From positions 1,263 through 65,262 of the IMG/VR virus record IMGVR_UViG_3300028045_000013: 64,000 bases of DNA, one strand, 5' to 3'. The notes under the pieces were generated by a model, which was not told where the DNA came from, did no database searches, and worked only from the letters and a program-made list of their open reading frames with translations. Shown piece by piece: positions 47,894 to 56,506 of this stretch. The DNA comes from a virus. Its lineage: Duplodnaviria > Caudoviricetes. How positions within the stretch are numbered: position 1 is the stretch's first letter; each line of letters starts with the position of its first letter. Position numbers and translations under genes: made by a program.

Positions 47894-47921
47894 ACTATAT
47901 CATACTCATAAAATTATGCAA
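47894..47921 (-). promoter_or_regulatory. Sigma70-like promoter with extended -10
   Basis: TTGCAT-16 bp-TATAGT with TGn. Confidence 0.6.
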
Positions 47922-47931
47922 GGATTATTTT

Positions 47932-49476
47932 TTAAAAATAGCTACCAAGATGAATTGATCCTCTTCTCAAACTCTGCAACACCTTCACTTGTTGATTTGT
48001 TTTTTCCTCGTTCCTTGTCATAAATCGACCTACCCTCATAACACCTAATTCTAATTCAGCTGCGGTTTGATTTAAGGTAAAGACACCACCAGAAACATGA
48101 GAGTATTTTCTCTTATCTTCTGAGTAATTACTCTCTGTTATAGTATCCTGATCATAGGCTTTTCCATCTGTCTGCGTAGCAGAACCTAGACATAAATCAA
48201 ATTTCTCAGCATAGCTATTTGCAGCTGCCCACTTTTCATTCTCTCTATGTCTGAAGTCATTAAAGTCTGTCATCCCTCCTGAAATATCCATATAATCTAA
48301 AATAACTAAACTGGGCAACCATCCTTCTTTCTCTGCTAATTCTTCTGTCTTTCGATCTAGATCCTTTATACTAAATGTAGTAGCTGGATAACTATACATT
48401 TTAAAATCATTATAATCTAATCTGTTATCTGTTATAAATTTCTTATTGATTGCTAGTGCTTCTCTCCACGTTAAAGGATTCTCTACAGTTACTTTCTTAT
48501 ACCACACAGCTCCTTTAAATGATGGAGTTCCTGTACAGAATCTACAGGCTTTATAGGAAGGTGGCGCTTGTTCTACATCTGCTGGAGATGCTATATCTAC
48601 ACCTTCTAAACCTACTCCACATTTCCTTCCTTCTTTATTACAAGTGTTCTGTTGGTTCCATATACAGTCTAGAACAGGCACATAGAAGGAACCACAATAC
48701 TTCATACGATTAGACCTTCCTGCTTCCATAATAGCTAATCTAAGGGCTTGTTGCTTGTTACTCATATCCCCACAATTAATATATAGTACCTTGCACTTCT
48801 GTTGAAATGCTGTCTTAGCTATCTTATTTAACCACCATGTCTTACCACTCTTCTCCATACCCATTAAAGTAAAGAAACTATTACGTATAAAAGCCCCTTC
48901 TGTGAATTCACCTAAAACATTAGGTAGAGAAAATAATGGAGTTGTATATTCTTCAAACCCTTTCTGTAGTGTCTCTGCATCAGTAAATACATTACAGGAA
49001 TCTGTAGTCTCTATTTTATACTGAGGTATGATATCAGTTGTAAGTAGTTCCTGTAATTGTTCTATATCCCCTTTATCTAATAGGTCTTGAGCCTCTTCTA
49101 ATGAAGCTCCTACTTTCTTAGTCTGAAAGAACTTAAGGGCTTTCTGTAAAGCAAAGGTATGATTATACTCACCATTCCTCCTATCCATTTCCTCAGTGAG
49201 CTCACCTAGTAAATATTCTACAGAAGTATATAACTCACCATCTAATCCTATGCATCTCTCTTCCCATATAGCGTTTATATCTCTTTTAGGAGCACAGGCT
49301 TCTTCTGTATAATACTCTATACACCACTCTACTATGAGTCTTGCTGCTTTATTTTTAAATGCGTCTAAGTCTACTACTTCCTGTACTTTTTCTAGAAAGG
49401 TTGTATTGCTTAGGAACCCTAATAGAATTAGACGTTCTAATCCACCTTGCATCTTTACACGTTTTACACTTCTCAT
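47932..49476 (-). CDS. DnaB-like (SF4) replicative helicase with Cys-rich insertion
   Basis: G.EKSGKT, VLYI..DM, LVILDYMD, SATQ, SEDKRK. Confidence 0.88.
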   Translation of the reverse strand: MRSVKRVKMQGGLERLILLGFLSNTTFLEKVQEVVDLDAFKNKAARLIVEWCIEYYTEEACAPKRDINAIWEERCIGLDGELYTSVEYLLGELTEEMDRRNGEYNHTFALQKALKFFQTKKVGASLEEAQDLLDKGDIEQLQELLTTDIIPQYKIETTDSCNVFTDAETLQKGFEEYTTPLFSLPNVLGEFTEGAFIRNSFFTLMGMEKSGKTWWLNKIAKTAFQQKCKVLYINCGDMSNKQQALRLAIMEAGRSNRMKYCGSFYVPVLDCIWNQQNTCNKEGRKCGVGLEGVDIASPADVEQAPPSYKACRFCTGTPSFKGAVWYKKVTVENPLTWREALAINKKFITDNRLDYNDFKMYSYPATTFSIKDLDRKTEELAEKEGWLPSLVILDYMDISGGMTDFNDFRHRENEKWAAANSYAEKFDLCLGSATQTDGKAYDQDTITESNYSEDKRKYSHVSGGVFTLNQTAAELELGVMRVGRFMTRNEEKTNQQVKVLQSLRRGSIHLGSYF

Positions 49477-49479
49477 TCA

Positions 49480-50019
49480 TTAGACCTCTATGCACTTACA
49501 ATATGTAGACACTATTTTAAATACACTTTTCCCTAGATTCTTAATTACCGTTTCTCTAGGAAATAGAGGACAGCAAAAAGAAAAATGCTTCTCGTTATTA
49601 ATCCTATCAAGTAGAAATTCTAGCAACATATTCTGCTCCCAGTCTCTAATCCCATAAGCTCCAAAATGATAAATAAACAAACAGTCTATAGAAGCTAACT
49701 GTTTCTTTTTAATCTTCTCTCTTAAATGTTCTAGAAGAGACTGGAAGGATAATGCCTTTATCTGGACATTAGGGCGTCTTTGAATAAGAGCACTGTAAAG
49801 ATCTATGGTTAATCGTTCTGAAGCGTCGTTAGTATTAGGGGAAGTGTAGATACGCTTTTCAAAACAATCTTCTGTTAAGTCTATATCTTCTAATTCTAAC
49901 CCTCTACAATGTAAAGGGGGGACTCCAAACATGATTAAAGTTTCTACAGTTGTGGCTTCCTCACGTATAGGCTGTAGTTTGTCTAACCAGTCTGGATCAG
50001 TAATCCTATATTCTGACAT
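49480..50019 (-). CDS. Degenerate DnaC/IstB-like helicase loader
   Basis: GVPP, LFI..FG....W...L...L..R.NN.K, LG..V...V..C..IEV; Walker motifs lost; lies between initiator and helicase. Confidence 0.6.
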   Translation of the reverse strand: MSEYRITDPDWLDKLQPIREEATTVETLIMFGVPPLHCRGLELEDIDLTEDCFEKRIYTSPNTNDASERLTIDLYSALIQRRPNVQIKALSFQSLLEHLREKIKKKQLASIDCLFIYHFGAYGIRDWEQNMLLEFLLDRINNEKHFSFCCPLFPRETVIKNLGKSVFKIVSTYCKCIEV

Positions 50020-50051
50020 TAAAAGAGCTCCTTTTTTTCTGTAGGTATGTC

Positions 50052-50228
50052 TTATAAATACTGCAAAGCTATAAAACCAAATATAACTCCTACTGAATAT
50101 CCCATCATTATATTATGTAGGAATGGCATTCTAACTATGTCTGTTCTAGGGGACAGCATTAATATAAACTCAGGAATTAAAGAACCTATACTGACTCCTG
50201 CTATTATCATACAAATTACTATACTCAT
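50052..50228 (-). CDS. 58-aa two-TM membrane protein (below the track cutoff)
   Basis: AAGGAG RBS; MSIVICMIIAGVSIGSLIPEFIL...YSVGVIFGFIALQYL. Confidence 0.7.
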   Translation of the reverse strand: MSIVICMIIAGVSIGSLIPEFILMLSPRTDIVRMPFLHNIMMGYSVGVIFGFIALQYL

Positions 50229-50243
50229 TTTATTTCTCCTTTA

Positions 50244-50283
50244 TTATATAGAGTCTGGACCTCTGCATCCAGACTCTATATAA
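50244..50283. terminator. Perfect 16-bp inverted repeat after the initiator-like gene
   Basis: TTATATAGAGTCTGGA/TCCAGACTCTATATAA; no U tract. Confidence 0.55.
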
Positions 50284-50285
50284 CA

Positions 50286-51707
50286 CTATACTTCTGTATT
50301 AAATGCATTTACCAACTCTTCCAGTTCCTCATCTTTAGGAGCTGTTTGCTTTTCTAAATGCCTTTCATAGGAGTTATACAGATTGGCATATTTAGGGTTA
50401 TCATTAGACGCTGAGATTTTAGCAAGAGATCGAAATGATAGTAACTGTTGTTTCCAGAATGACTCATCCTGAACCCCCCACTCAATAGCATCTAGAATAT
50501 CATTAGTAGTTAATTCAGTAGCTTCCAGTTCAGCTTCAATTTTCTTAAGAACTAGAAGTGCTTTCGATAATGCTCTACGTTTAGATTTATCTGTCTCAAC
50601 TAGTTTTAGTTTAGAGCTGTTGTTATTGCTCATAGTCTCTATGATTGCTTTAATCCTATCCTTAAGATCACTAGGGACATCTGAGTTATCTACTTCTGGT
50701 TCAGACTGTACAGTTACTGTTGAGTTCTCTTCTAGATCATCATCGTCAGGATCAGAAGTATATTTAGTTGTAGTAAGTATAAAGTCAGAATCTTCATCGT
50801 CATCATCTTCTATATCACTATCCTCATCCTCTCCTTCCTCTTCAAAGTCATCTTCTTCTGTAGTTTCTTCCTCATCTTCATCCCCTTCAAAGTAATCTGC
50901 TGGAAGTAACTCTTCATCAGATTCTATAGCAGCTTCTTCTAGGTTCTGGATGAGTTTATCTAATTTATCCTCTCCTTCTTCTACTACATTCAATTCTACT
51001 ACAGCCTCATCAGGTTCTTCTGAATCTTTAGGAACCTTATGCTTCAGGATAGTATCTGTTAGTAACTGCAACTGAAGAAGGATGTACTCTACATCTACTC
51101 TACCATATAAACTTTCAATTTGAGTCTTTGTTTTTACTTGGGCCTTTAGAGAGACTAGTTCCTTCTCTAATTCTACTTTCTGCTTTAGTCTATAGATTAA
51201 CTCATCTTGCTTTTTATAAAGTCTCTCTAAACGTAATGTAAGATCTTCTATAATATGACGCTTCTCTGCATGTACTTCATATTCAAATGCAACATCTCTC
51301 TGTACAAAATGATCTAAAGCTTCTACACATACATCTTCAATATATGGAACCTCATATCCTACTTCGTTGTAGGTTCCTGAACAGATAGCTATATTGTCTA
51401 ATTCAGAACCTAAATATTCTGTAATAACTAAACAGATTTCTTTTTCATCATCTCCTGTTTCACATGGGATTGCTTTTAATAGGAATAGATTATCCATTGT
51501 GGTGATTAGATCTTCTACTGCTTGTACTCCAAACAACTCTTCTAGTGACTCTAATGTATCTCTAGAGAACCTATCCATATAATCTAGTATACGGAATACA
51601 TCTTTACTTATAGGCTGTTCGCCTTCATCCTTTGTCTTCATGCAGTTTAATGTATATTGACTTAATGGAAGATATACTACTTTTGCAATTACTTTTTCTT
51701 CTGACAT
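50286..51707 (-). CDS. Putative replication initiator with acidic linker
   Basis: C-terminal I.W...D.SFW..Q.LS...L motif typical of phage O-like initiators; upstream of loader and helicase. Confidence 0.6.
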   Translation of the reverse strand: MSEEKVIAKVVYLPLSQYTLNCMKTKDEGEQPISKDVFRILDYMDRFSRDTLESLEELFGVQAVEDLITTMDNLFLLKAIPCETGDDEKEICLVITEYLGSELDNIAICSGTYNEVGYEVPYIEDVCVEALDHFVQRDVAFEYEVHAEKRHIIEDLTLRLERLYKKQDELIYRLKQKVELEKELVSLKAQVKTKTQIESLYGRVDVEYILLQLQLLTDTILKHKVPKDSEEPDEAVVELNVVEEGEDKLDKLIQNLEEAAIESDEELLPADYFEGDEDEEETTEEDDFEEEGEDEDSDIEDDDDEDSDFILTTTKYTSDPDDDDLEENSTVTVQSEPEVDNSDVPSDLKDRIKAIIETMSNNNSSKLKLVETDKSKRRALSKALLVLKKIEAELEATELTTNDILDAIEWGVQDESFWKQQLLSFRSLAKISASNDNPKYANLYNSYERHLEKQTAPKDEELEELVNAFNTEV

Positions 51708-51728
51708 TTCATTTATCCTTTTATTTAA

Positions 51729-51947
51729 TTAATATTCTGTTTCAGGGTCTTGCCGTTCATTGTGTGGGTTAATAGAAGGAGTTTCTATATTTCCATTATT
51801 CTCAATATGTGCCCAAGACCTTTTCTCTTCACCTTTAACATCTAGAGTAAATTCTATTTCCCCATCTGGTAGTTCTGGATGTTTAGTTTCTCGTAGAATT
51901 TTCTGGACTGCTTCTGCTATCTCTCGTTTCTGTCTAACACTAAACAT
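51729..51947 (-). CDS. Phage hypothetical protein
   Basis: MFSV.QKREIA..VQ.ILR.T.HPELP.GEI.F; RBS present. Confidence 0.75.
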   Translation of the reverse strand: MFSVRQKREIAEAVQKILRETKHPELPDGEIEFTLDVKGEEKRSWAHIENNGNIETPSINPHNERQDPETEY

Positions 51948-51952
51948 AATAA

Positions 51953-52522
51953 CTATCCTTTAATCTCTAATTGTTTACTATTTAAAACGAGTTGTTGCGG
52001 TTCCTCTTTAGGTTGTCTCTTTACTACAAACTTACCATAATTCACTATTGTATTCTTATAGATAATTGTATCCATTAATATTCCGGGCCTCTTTTGTGGC
52101 AGGTTATGACTGATCAACATATCATTCAATAGTAAGAGTAAAGGTTTTGTGTAGGATGGATCACCTAAAGAACGGATCATAAAGGACCTTAAGGTGTTAA
52201 CAGGAACAGGAAGCCTCCTACATTTCTGCTCCTCTAATTCTAGTTCTACTAACCATCTATCTACTGATACAAAAGGAGAGTGTGTAGTAACTCGTTTGAA
52301 GTATGCTTCTTTTAATTGTGTTACTATTTCTATAGAAGGGCTGTTTCTATGGTTGTGTTTCATTACTGTTATAAGTAGGATGAAAACATAATCCCATGTA
52401 GTGTATAGATCCACCTTCCTTAGTAACCTAGTTAATAAAATAGGGTAATCACATTGTTTTATTTTCCCTGCTTCTACTTCATTTATTTTTCTCTGTATAA
52501 ATTCATAATCTTTAGTAACCAT
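51953..52522 (-). CDS. Hypothetical protein, first gene after a strong promoter
   Basis: AAGGA RBS. Confidence 0.7.
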   Translation of the reverse strand: MVTKDYEFIQRKINEVEAGKIKQCDYPILLTRLLRKVDLYTTWDYVFILLITVMKHNHRNSPSIEIVTQLKEAYFKRVTTHSPFVSVDRWLVELELEEQKCRRLPVPVNTLRSFMIRSLGDPSYTKPLLLLLNDMLISHNLPQKRPGILMDTIIYKNTIVNYGKFVVKRQPKEEPQQLVLNSKQLEIKG

Positions 52523-52554
52523 AAGTTCAGTCCTTTCTTTTGTGTTAAGAATCC

Positions 52555-52582
52555 ATTATAGCAGTTTTTCACATAATGTCAA
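52555..52582 (-). promoter_or_regulatory. Consensus sigma70 promoter
   Basis: TTGACA-16 bp-TATAAT with extended TG. Confidence 0.8.
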
Positions 52583-52594
52583 ATAAATTCAAAA

Positions 52595-53494
52595 TCAACC
52601 TTTCAATTCATGCATTAATGCACGTGCATAGGCTTTTGGTAAATCCGCCGGATCACACTTTGCATATTTCCCGGTCAGCCTCACATATTCTGTAGTTCCT
52701 TTATAACATGACAACTCTTCTGCTAACTGTTTACCTTTTCTAACTGCTTGTTTATCAGGAGTATCGAACAGAATGATTCTATTCTCATATGTAGAAAGTA
52801 GACGTACTTGACTTTGTGTATAGTCTATACCAAAAGTTCCTACAGCTCCATATCCTAACCTCCACACATCTGGTAAACCTTCTACTACTACAACTGTATC
52901 TGTATTAGTATAGTCAGCTCCATATAGTAAGTGTTGATGTTGGATTACTTCATCTGCTTGTGGGCAGGCTTTATATCTTAATTCCTTTCTACCAGAAACA
53001 TCCCTTGTTTGAAAAGATACTAATTGGTTATTAAAATTAATAGGAGCTACAATCCTATGCTGATACATTCCTGCTGCATAATGACCAGAAACCAAACCCC
53101 ATAAAGTAACTAACTCAGAAGGGTTAAATCTCCTACCTCTAAGGTATCTTCTAGCTTCTTTAGATAGTGCTGTGTGGAAAGGAAGCTTAAGGGTTAAAGC
53201 TTGTTGTTTATACTTTTCCTTAACATCATCCTTTGGTTTACTAGAATCTATCTTTTTAGTATAGGTTTGTGTTATCTTCGCATCACCTATAATATGTAGT
53301 AGGACATCATAAGTAGAATGCCAACCACATCTCCAGCAGTTATAGTACTTACTGTTTATATGCCACCCTAGATGATACCCATGTGTACCTGTACAGAACA
53401 TACATTCTGTCTGAAGCCATCCTCTTCTAGAATGTTTATGAGAATCAGGTGCTGTAGATACTCCATAGGTTCTGTACAGATCTTCCATATTCAT
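52595..53494 (-). CDS. DnaG-like primase (zinc finger plus TOPRIM)
   Basis: C.FC...CWRCG.H, RIV.PI, FQ.R, VVVEG..D, ILFD.D, DPAD. Confidence 0.9.
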   Translation of the reverse strand: MNMEDLYRTYGVSTAPDSHKHSRRGWLQTECMFCTGTHGYHLGWHINSKYYNCWRCGWHSTYDVLLHIIGDAKITQTYTKKIDSSKPKDDVKEKYKQQALTLKLPFHTALSKEARRYLRGRRFNPSELVTLWGLVSGHYAAGMYQHRIVAPINFNNQLVSFQTRDVSGRKELRYKACPQADEVIQHQHLLYGADYTNTDTVVVVEGLPDVWRLGYGAVGTFGIDYTQSQVRLLSTYENRIILFDTPDKQAVRKGKQLAEELSCYKGTTEYVRLTGKYAKCDPADLPKAYARALMHELKG

Positions 53495-53859
53495 TGTTTA
53501 TTTATTTTTCCTATAGAAGCATTATATAGTCGTATTCTAGTTTTCATAACACTTATGTCATGGTGCATAGATAATAGTATATGGAGTATATTGGTCTCAT
53601 CATCTGTTAAAGGGGCTGCATAGTCCTCATGGTATTGTAGAATAATTCTTCCTAGTTCTTGCACTTTCTTTGATTTTACTATTCTACATCGATTCATTCC
53701 TGTTGGTATAGTAGCTACAGGTATTAGCACCTGTATTTGTGTAGGTTCAAATGTAATACTATCTATTTCAAACTCCAACTCTATATTATACTTCTTTTCT
53801 ATGAACTCTTTGATTTTAATTTCTATTTGACCTTCTACTAGATTAAGTGCTTCAAACAT
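53491..53859 (-). CDS. Hypothetical protein
   Basis: AGGAG RBS; ATGA-coupled to primase. Confidence 0.7.
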   Translation of the reverse strand: MFEALNLVEGQIEIKIKEFIEKKYNIELEFEIDSITFEPTQIQVLIPVATIPTGMNRCRIVKSKKVQELGRIILQYHEDYAAPLTDDETNILHILLSMHHDISVMKTRIRLYNASIGKINKQ

Positions 53860-53860
53860 A

Positions 53861-53935
53861 TTATTCTCCTATTTCCATAAGTAATAAAACTATAACTCCT
53901 ACAACACATATAAACATGATAACTGTTATTATCAT
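53861..53935 (-). CDS. 24-aa single-TM peptide
   Basis: MIITVIMFICVVGVIVLLLMEIGE; fills the gap exactly, ATGA overlap with the upstream gene. Confidence 0.55.
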   Translation of the reverse strand: MIITVIMFICVVGVIVLLLMEIGE

Positions 53936-54303
53936 AACTCCTTTTGTGTAGAGTGACTTAAACCATCTAACTGTAATATAAAACCCTTTATATTGTTTAC
54001 ATTTGTCAAAACACCATTGAGTTTATGTAATGCTCCTATATCTGTTTGAGCTTCTTCTATTGTAGTTATAACTACTCCAACCTCTTCCTTTAGTGCTATC
54101 ACTACCTCCTGTAACGTTTGACTTTTATCTGCTGCTGATGCTTGTTCTTCATTTACTATATTAGTATACTCTATAGAATCCATTATAGTTTTGTGTTGAT
54201 CCTGTACTGTAGTTTCTAGATCTAATACCTTTTCAATTAGTAGATCTATTATTACTTCATCTCTAGTTCTCATGTTTATAGATTCCTCTTCTACACTTCT
54301 CAT
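53932..54303 (-). CDS. Coiled-coil hypothetical protein
   Basis: Heptad-rich ORF. Confidence 0.7.
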   Translation of the reverse strand: MRSVEEESINMRTRDEVIIDLLIEKVLDLETTVQDQHKTIMDSIEYTNIVNEEQASAADKSQTLQEVVIALKEEVGVVITTIEEAQTDIGALHKLNGVLTNVNNIKGFILQLDGLSHSTQKEL

Positions 54304-54357
54304 TCATATATACTCTATAGCGGTTTAATGTCTAGTTTCTAGAATGGTACTTTTCCT

Positions 54358-54579
54358 TTACTTATTATTCTTACTCTTCCATATAGATACTAAACATGAT
54401 ATAAAGAAAGGAAACCAAAGAAAGGTTACTAGAACAATAAGGAATGAGTCTATAACATCTATGCCTTTAGGTTCTTCCAGTTCCAGCTGCTCTTTATATA
54501 ATTGACAAGCTGATATGACTCCTACTACTAGTCCTACAGTTATATAAAATGTTAATACATTTATAAATACTATATTCAT
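54358..54579 (-). CDS. Two-TM membrane protein
   Basis: Two hydrophobic helices, .WFP motif. Confidence 0.7.
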   Translation of the reverse strand: MNIVFINVLTFYITVGLVVGVISACQLYKEQLELEEPKGIDVIDSFLIVLVTFLWFPFFISCLVSIWKSKNNK

Positions 54580-54863
54580 TTCAAACTCCTCTTATTCTTC
54601 TTTCCACATACAGGGCAGTATTTAACAGCTATAACACTATCTAAATGCACAATCTCTAAATTATCCTTCTGTTCTATCTTGTCTAAATACTCATGTGCTC
54701 TCTGTAATACTTCGGGGCTGCTATTATCCCTTAGTGCATTGTTTAAGACACTTGAAGCCCTCATCCTTAATATTCTAGCTTGTTGTGCTATTTCTGTCTT
54801 AAATACAGGCTGCCCTCTATTCTCTTTAGAAAAACCTACTACATGGTTACATGGTTTCTTCAT
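54576..54863 (-). CDS. Zinc-ribbon hypothetical protein
   Basis: C.H...KYCPVCGKK. Confidence 0.7.
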   Translation of the reverse strand: MKKPCNHVVGFSKENRGQPVFKTEIAQQARILRMRASSVLNNALRDNSSPEVLQRAHEYLDKIEQKDNLEIVHLDSVIAVKYCPVCGKKNKRSLK

Positions 54864-54895
54864 TGTATTAGTTCCTTTTAATTCTATACTTCTAG

Positions 54896-55144
54896 TTAAT
54901 ATCCACGTTTCTTTTTTCTACTCTGTTTTCTCTTCTTTACTTCTTTGTGATGTTGTACTACATCTGGTCTTCTAGAATTTGGTTCTCCTTCTGTATCAAA
55001 TAAGCCTTCTCCTTTTATAGGTTTCATGGACATGCTACATTTCCTACGTCTGGGTTTATGTATTTCATAGTTTTCAGGAAGCGTTGTGTTCTGCTTACTA
55101 TAAGCTGCTCCTATAAGTATAGCTTCTTTTATAGTTCCATTCAT
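54896..55144 (-). CDS. Basic hypothetical protein
   Basis: ATGA-coupled; Lys/Arg-rich tail. Confidence 0.65.
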   Translation of the reverse strand: MNGTIKEAILIGAAYSKQNTTLPENYEIHKPRRRKCSMSMKPIKGEGLFDTEGEPNSRRPDVVQHHKEVKKRKQSRKKKRGY

Positions 55145-55521
55145 AAATCAAAGTCTCCACTCTCTACTTTCCCTTCTATTTCCATGACCTTCTTGGCATA
55201 TTTCTCTAATGTTTTTTTATAGTCTATATAATTCTCATCATCATCATCTGAGTCAGTTTCTATGAATTCTATACATTCACTATTTACACATTCGTGTATA
55301 TGATCTTCAAAAGCTTCTCTTAAAGCCTCTTCTTTAGTTTGAGGGAATGTTTCTTTTAGGTTTTCTAGTAGACCTACCATTTCATTTTTAAAGACTACAT
55401 TCTTGTGCCCTTTAGATAAAGATCTATTTATTCTATCAAGTAGGAACTCTATTTCATCTTTGGTACATTGTTTCTCTAGTGTTACTGTTCTTTTATTTTT
55501 CATTACTAAATTCCTTTTCAA
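55141..55521 (-). CDS. Hypothetical protein paralogous to the C-terminal domain of 55493..56506
   Basis: CTK.EIE.LL...FP.TKE..L...F..H...DY...LE.Y.K.V..IE shared. Confidence 0.75.
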   Translation of the reverse strand: MKRNLVMKNKRTVTLEKQCTKDEIEFLLDRINRSLSKGHKNVVFKNEMVGLLENLKETFPQTKEEALREAFEDHIHECVNSECIEFIETDSDDDDENYIDYKKTLEKYAKKVMEIEGKVESGDFDL

Positions 55522-56506
55522 TTTGATTAACTGTCTTTACATACTCTTCTAAAATTTCCTGATAGTCTTGTTTATCTGAATTATCCATAACCAGCTCTCC
55601 TTCAAATTCATCTTCAAGTACCTCCAAATGCTCTTTAAAAACTTTATCTAGTCTATCCTCTTTAGTATCAGGGAATCGAGCTTTAAGACACTTAAGTTGC
55701 TCTATCATACTTTCTACAAACCTAGCATTTGGGGAAGCTTTTTTATAGACCATCCCTTCCATTTGTTTTAGTAAATACTCTATTTCTTTTTTAGTGCATG
55801 TTCTTGAAAATCTTACTGTAGGTTCTTCTGTACTAGTGACTGTACTCATAGCTTCTAAATCAGTTCCTCTTAAATTAGCTCCTTCTAAATTAGCATCTTT
55901 TAAATCAGTTCCTTCTAAATCAGTTCCTTCTAAATTAGCACCTCTTAAATAAGCACCTCTTAAATTAGCTCCTTCTAAATTAGCATCTTTTAAATCAGTT
56001 CCTTCTAAATCAGTTCCTTCTAAATTAGCACCTCTTAAATAAGCACCTCTTAAATTAGCTCCTTTTAAATAAGCAAATGTTAAATTAGCATCTTCTAAAT
56101 TAGTGCCTAGTAAATTAGCACCTCTTAAATAAGCACCTCTTAAATTAGCTCCTTTTAAATAAGCAAATGTTAAATTAGCTCCTTCTAAATTAGTATCTTC
56201 TAAATTAGTATCTTTTAAATTAGCACCTTTTAAATTAACTCCTTTTAAATCAGCATTTTCTAAATTAGTGCCTAGTAGATTAGCATTTTCTAAATTAGCA
56301 TCTTTTAATTTAGCATTTTCTAAATTAGCATCTTTTAAATTAGCAAATGGTAAATTAGCACCTTCTAAATAAGCTCCTCTTAAATTAGCACCTCTTAAAT
56401 AAGCAAATGGTAATTTAGATCCTTCTAAATTAGCATCTTTTAATTTAGCAACTATTACTTCATGTAGTAGCTTCCCTGACTTACTATATATTTTTACTGT
56501 TTTCAT
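55493..56506 (-). CDS. Pentapeptide-repeat protein fused to a helical C-terminal domain
   Basis: About 40 A(N/Y/D)LxG/D pentapeptides; 15-bp DNA periodicity over 55850-56450. Confidence 0.92.
   Translation of the reverse strand: MKTVKIYSKSGKLLHEVIVAKLKDANLEGSKLPFAYLRGANLRGAYLEGANLPFANLKDANLENAKLKDANLENANLLGTNLENADLKGVNLKGANLKDTNLEDTNLEGANLTFAYLKGANLRGAYLRGANLLGTNLEDANLTFAYLKGANLRGAYLRGANLEGTDLEGTDLKDANLEGANLRGAYLRGANLEGTDLEGTDLKDANLEGANLRGTDLEAMSTVTSTEEPTVRFSRTCTKKEIEYLLKQMEGMVYKKASPNARFVESMIEQLKCLKARFPDTKEDRLDKVFKEHLEVLEDEFEGELVMDNSDKQDYQEILEEYVKTVNQIEKEFSNEK

Noticed and set aside
55850-56450. Diversity-generating retroelement TR/VR pair
   Set aside because: The periodicity is explained by pentapeptide coding; no reverse transcriptase in the window.
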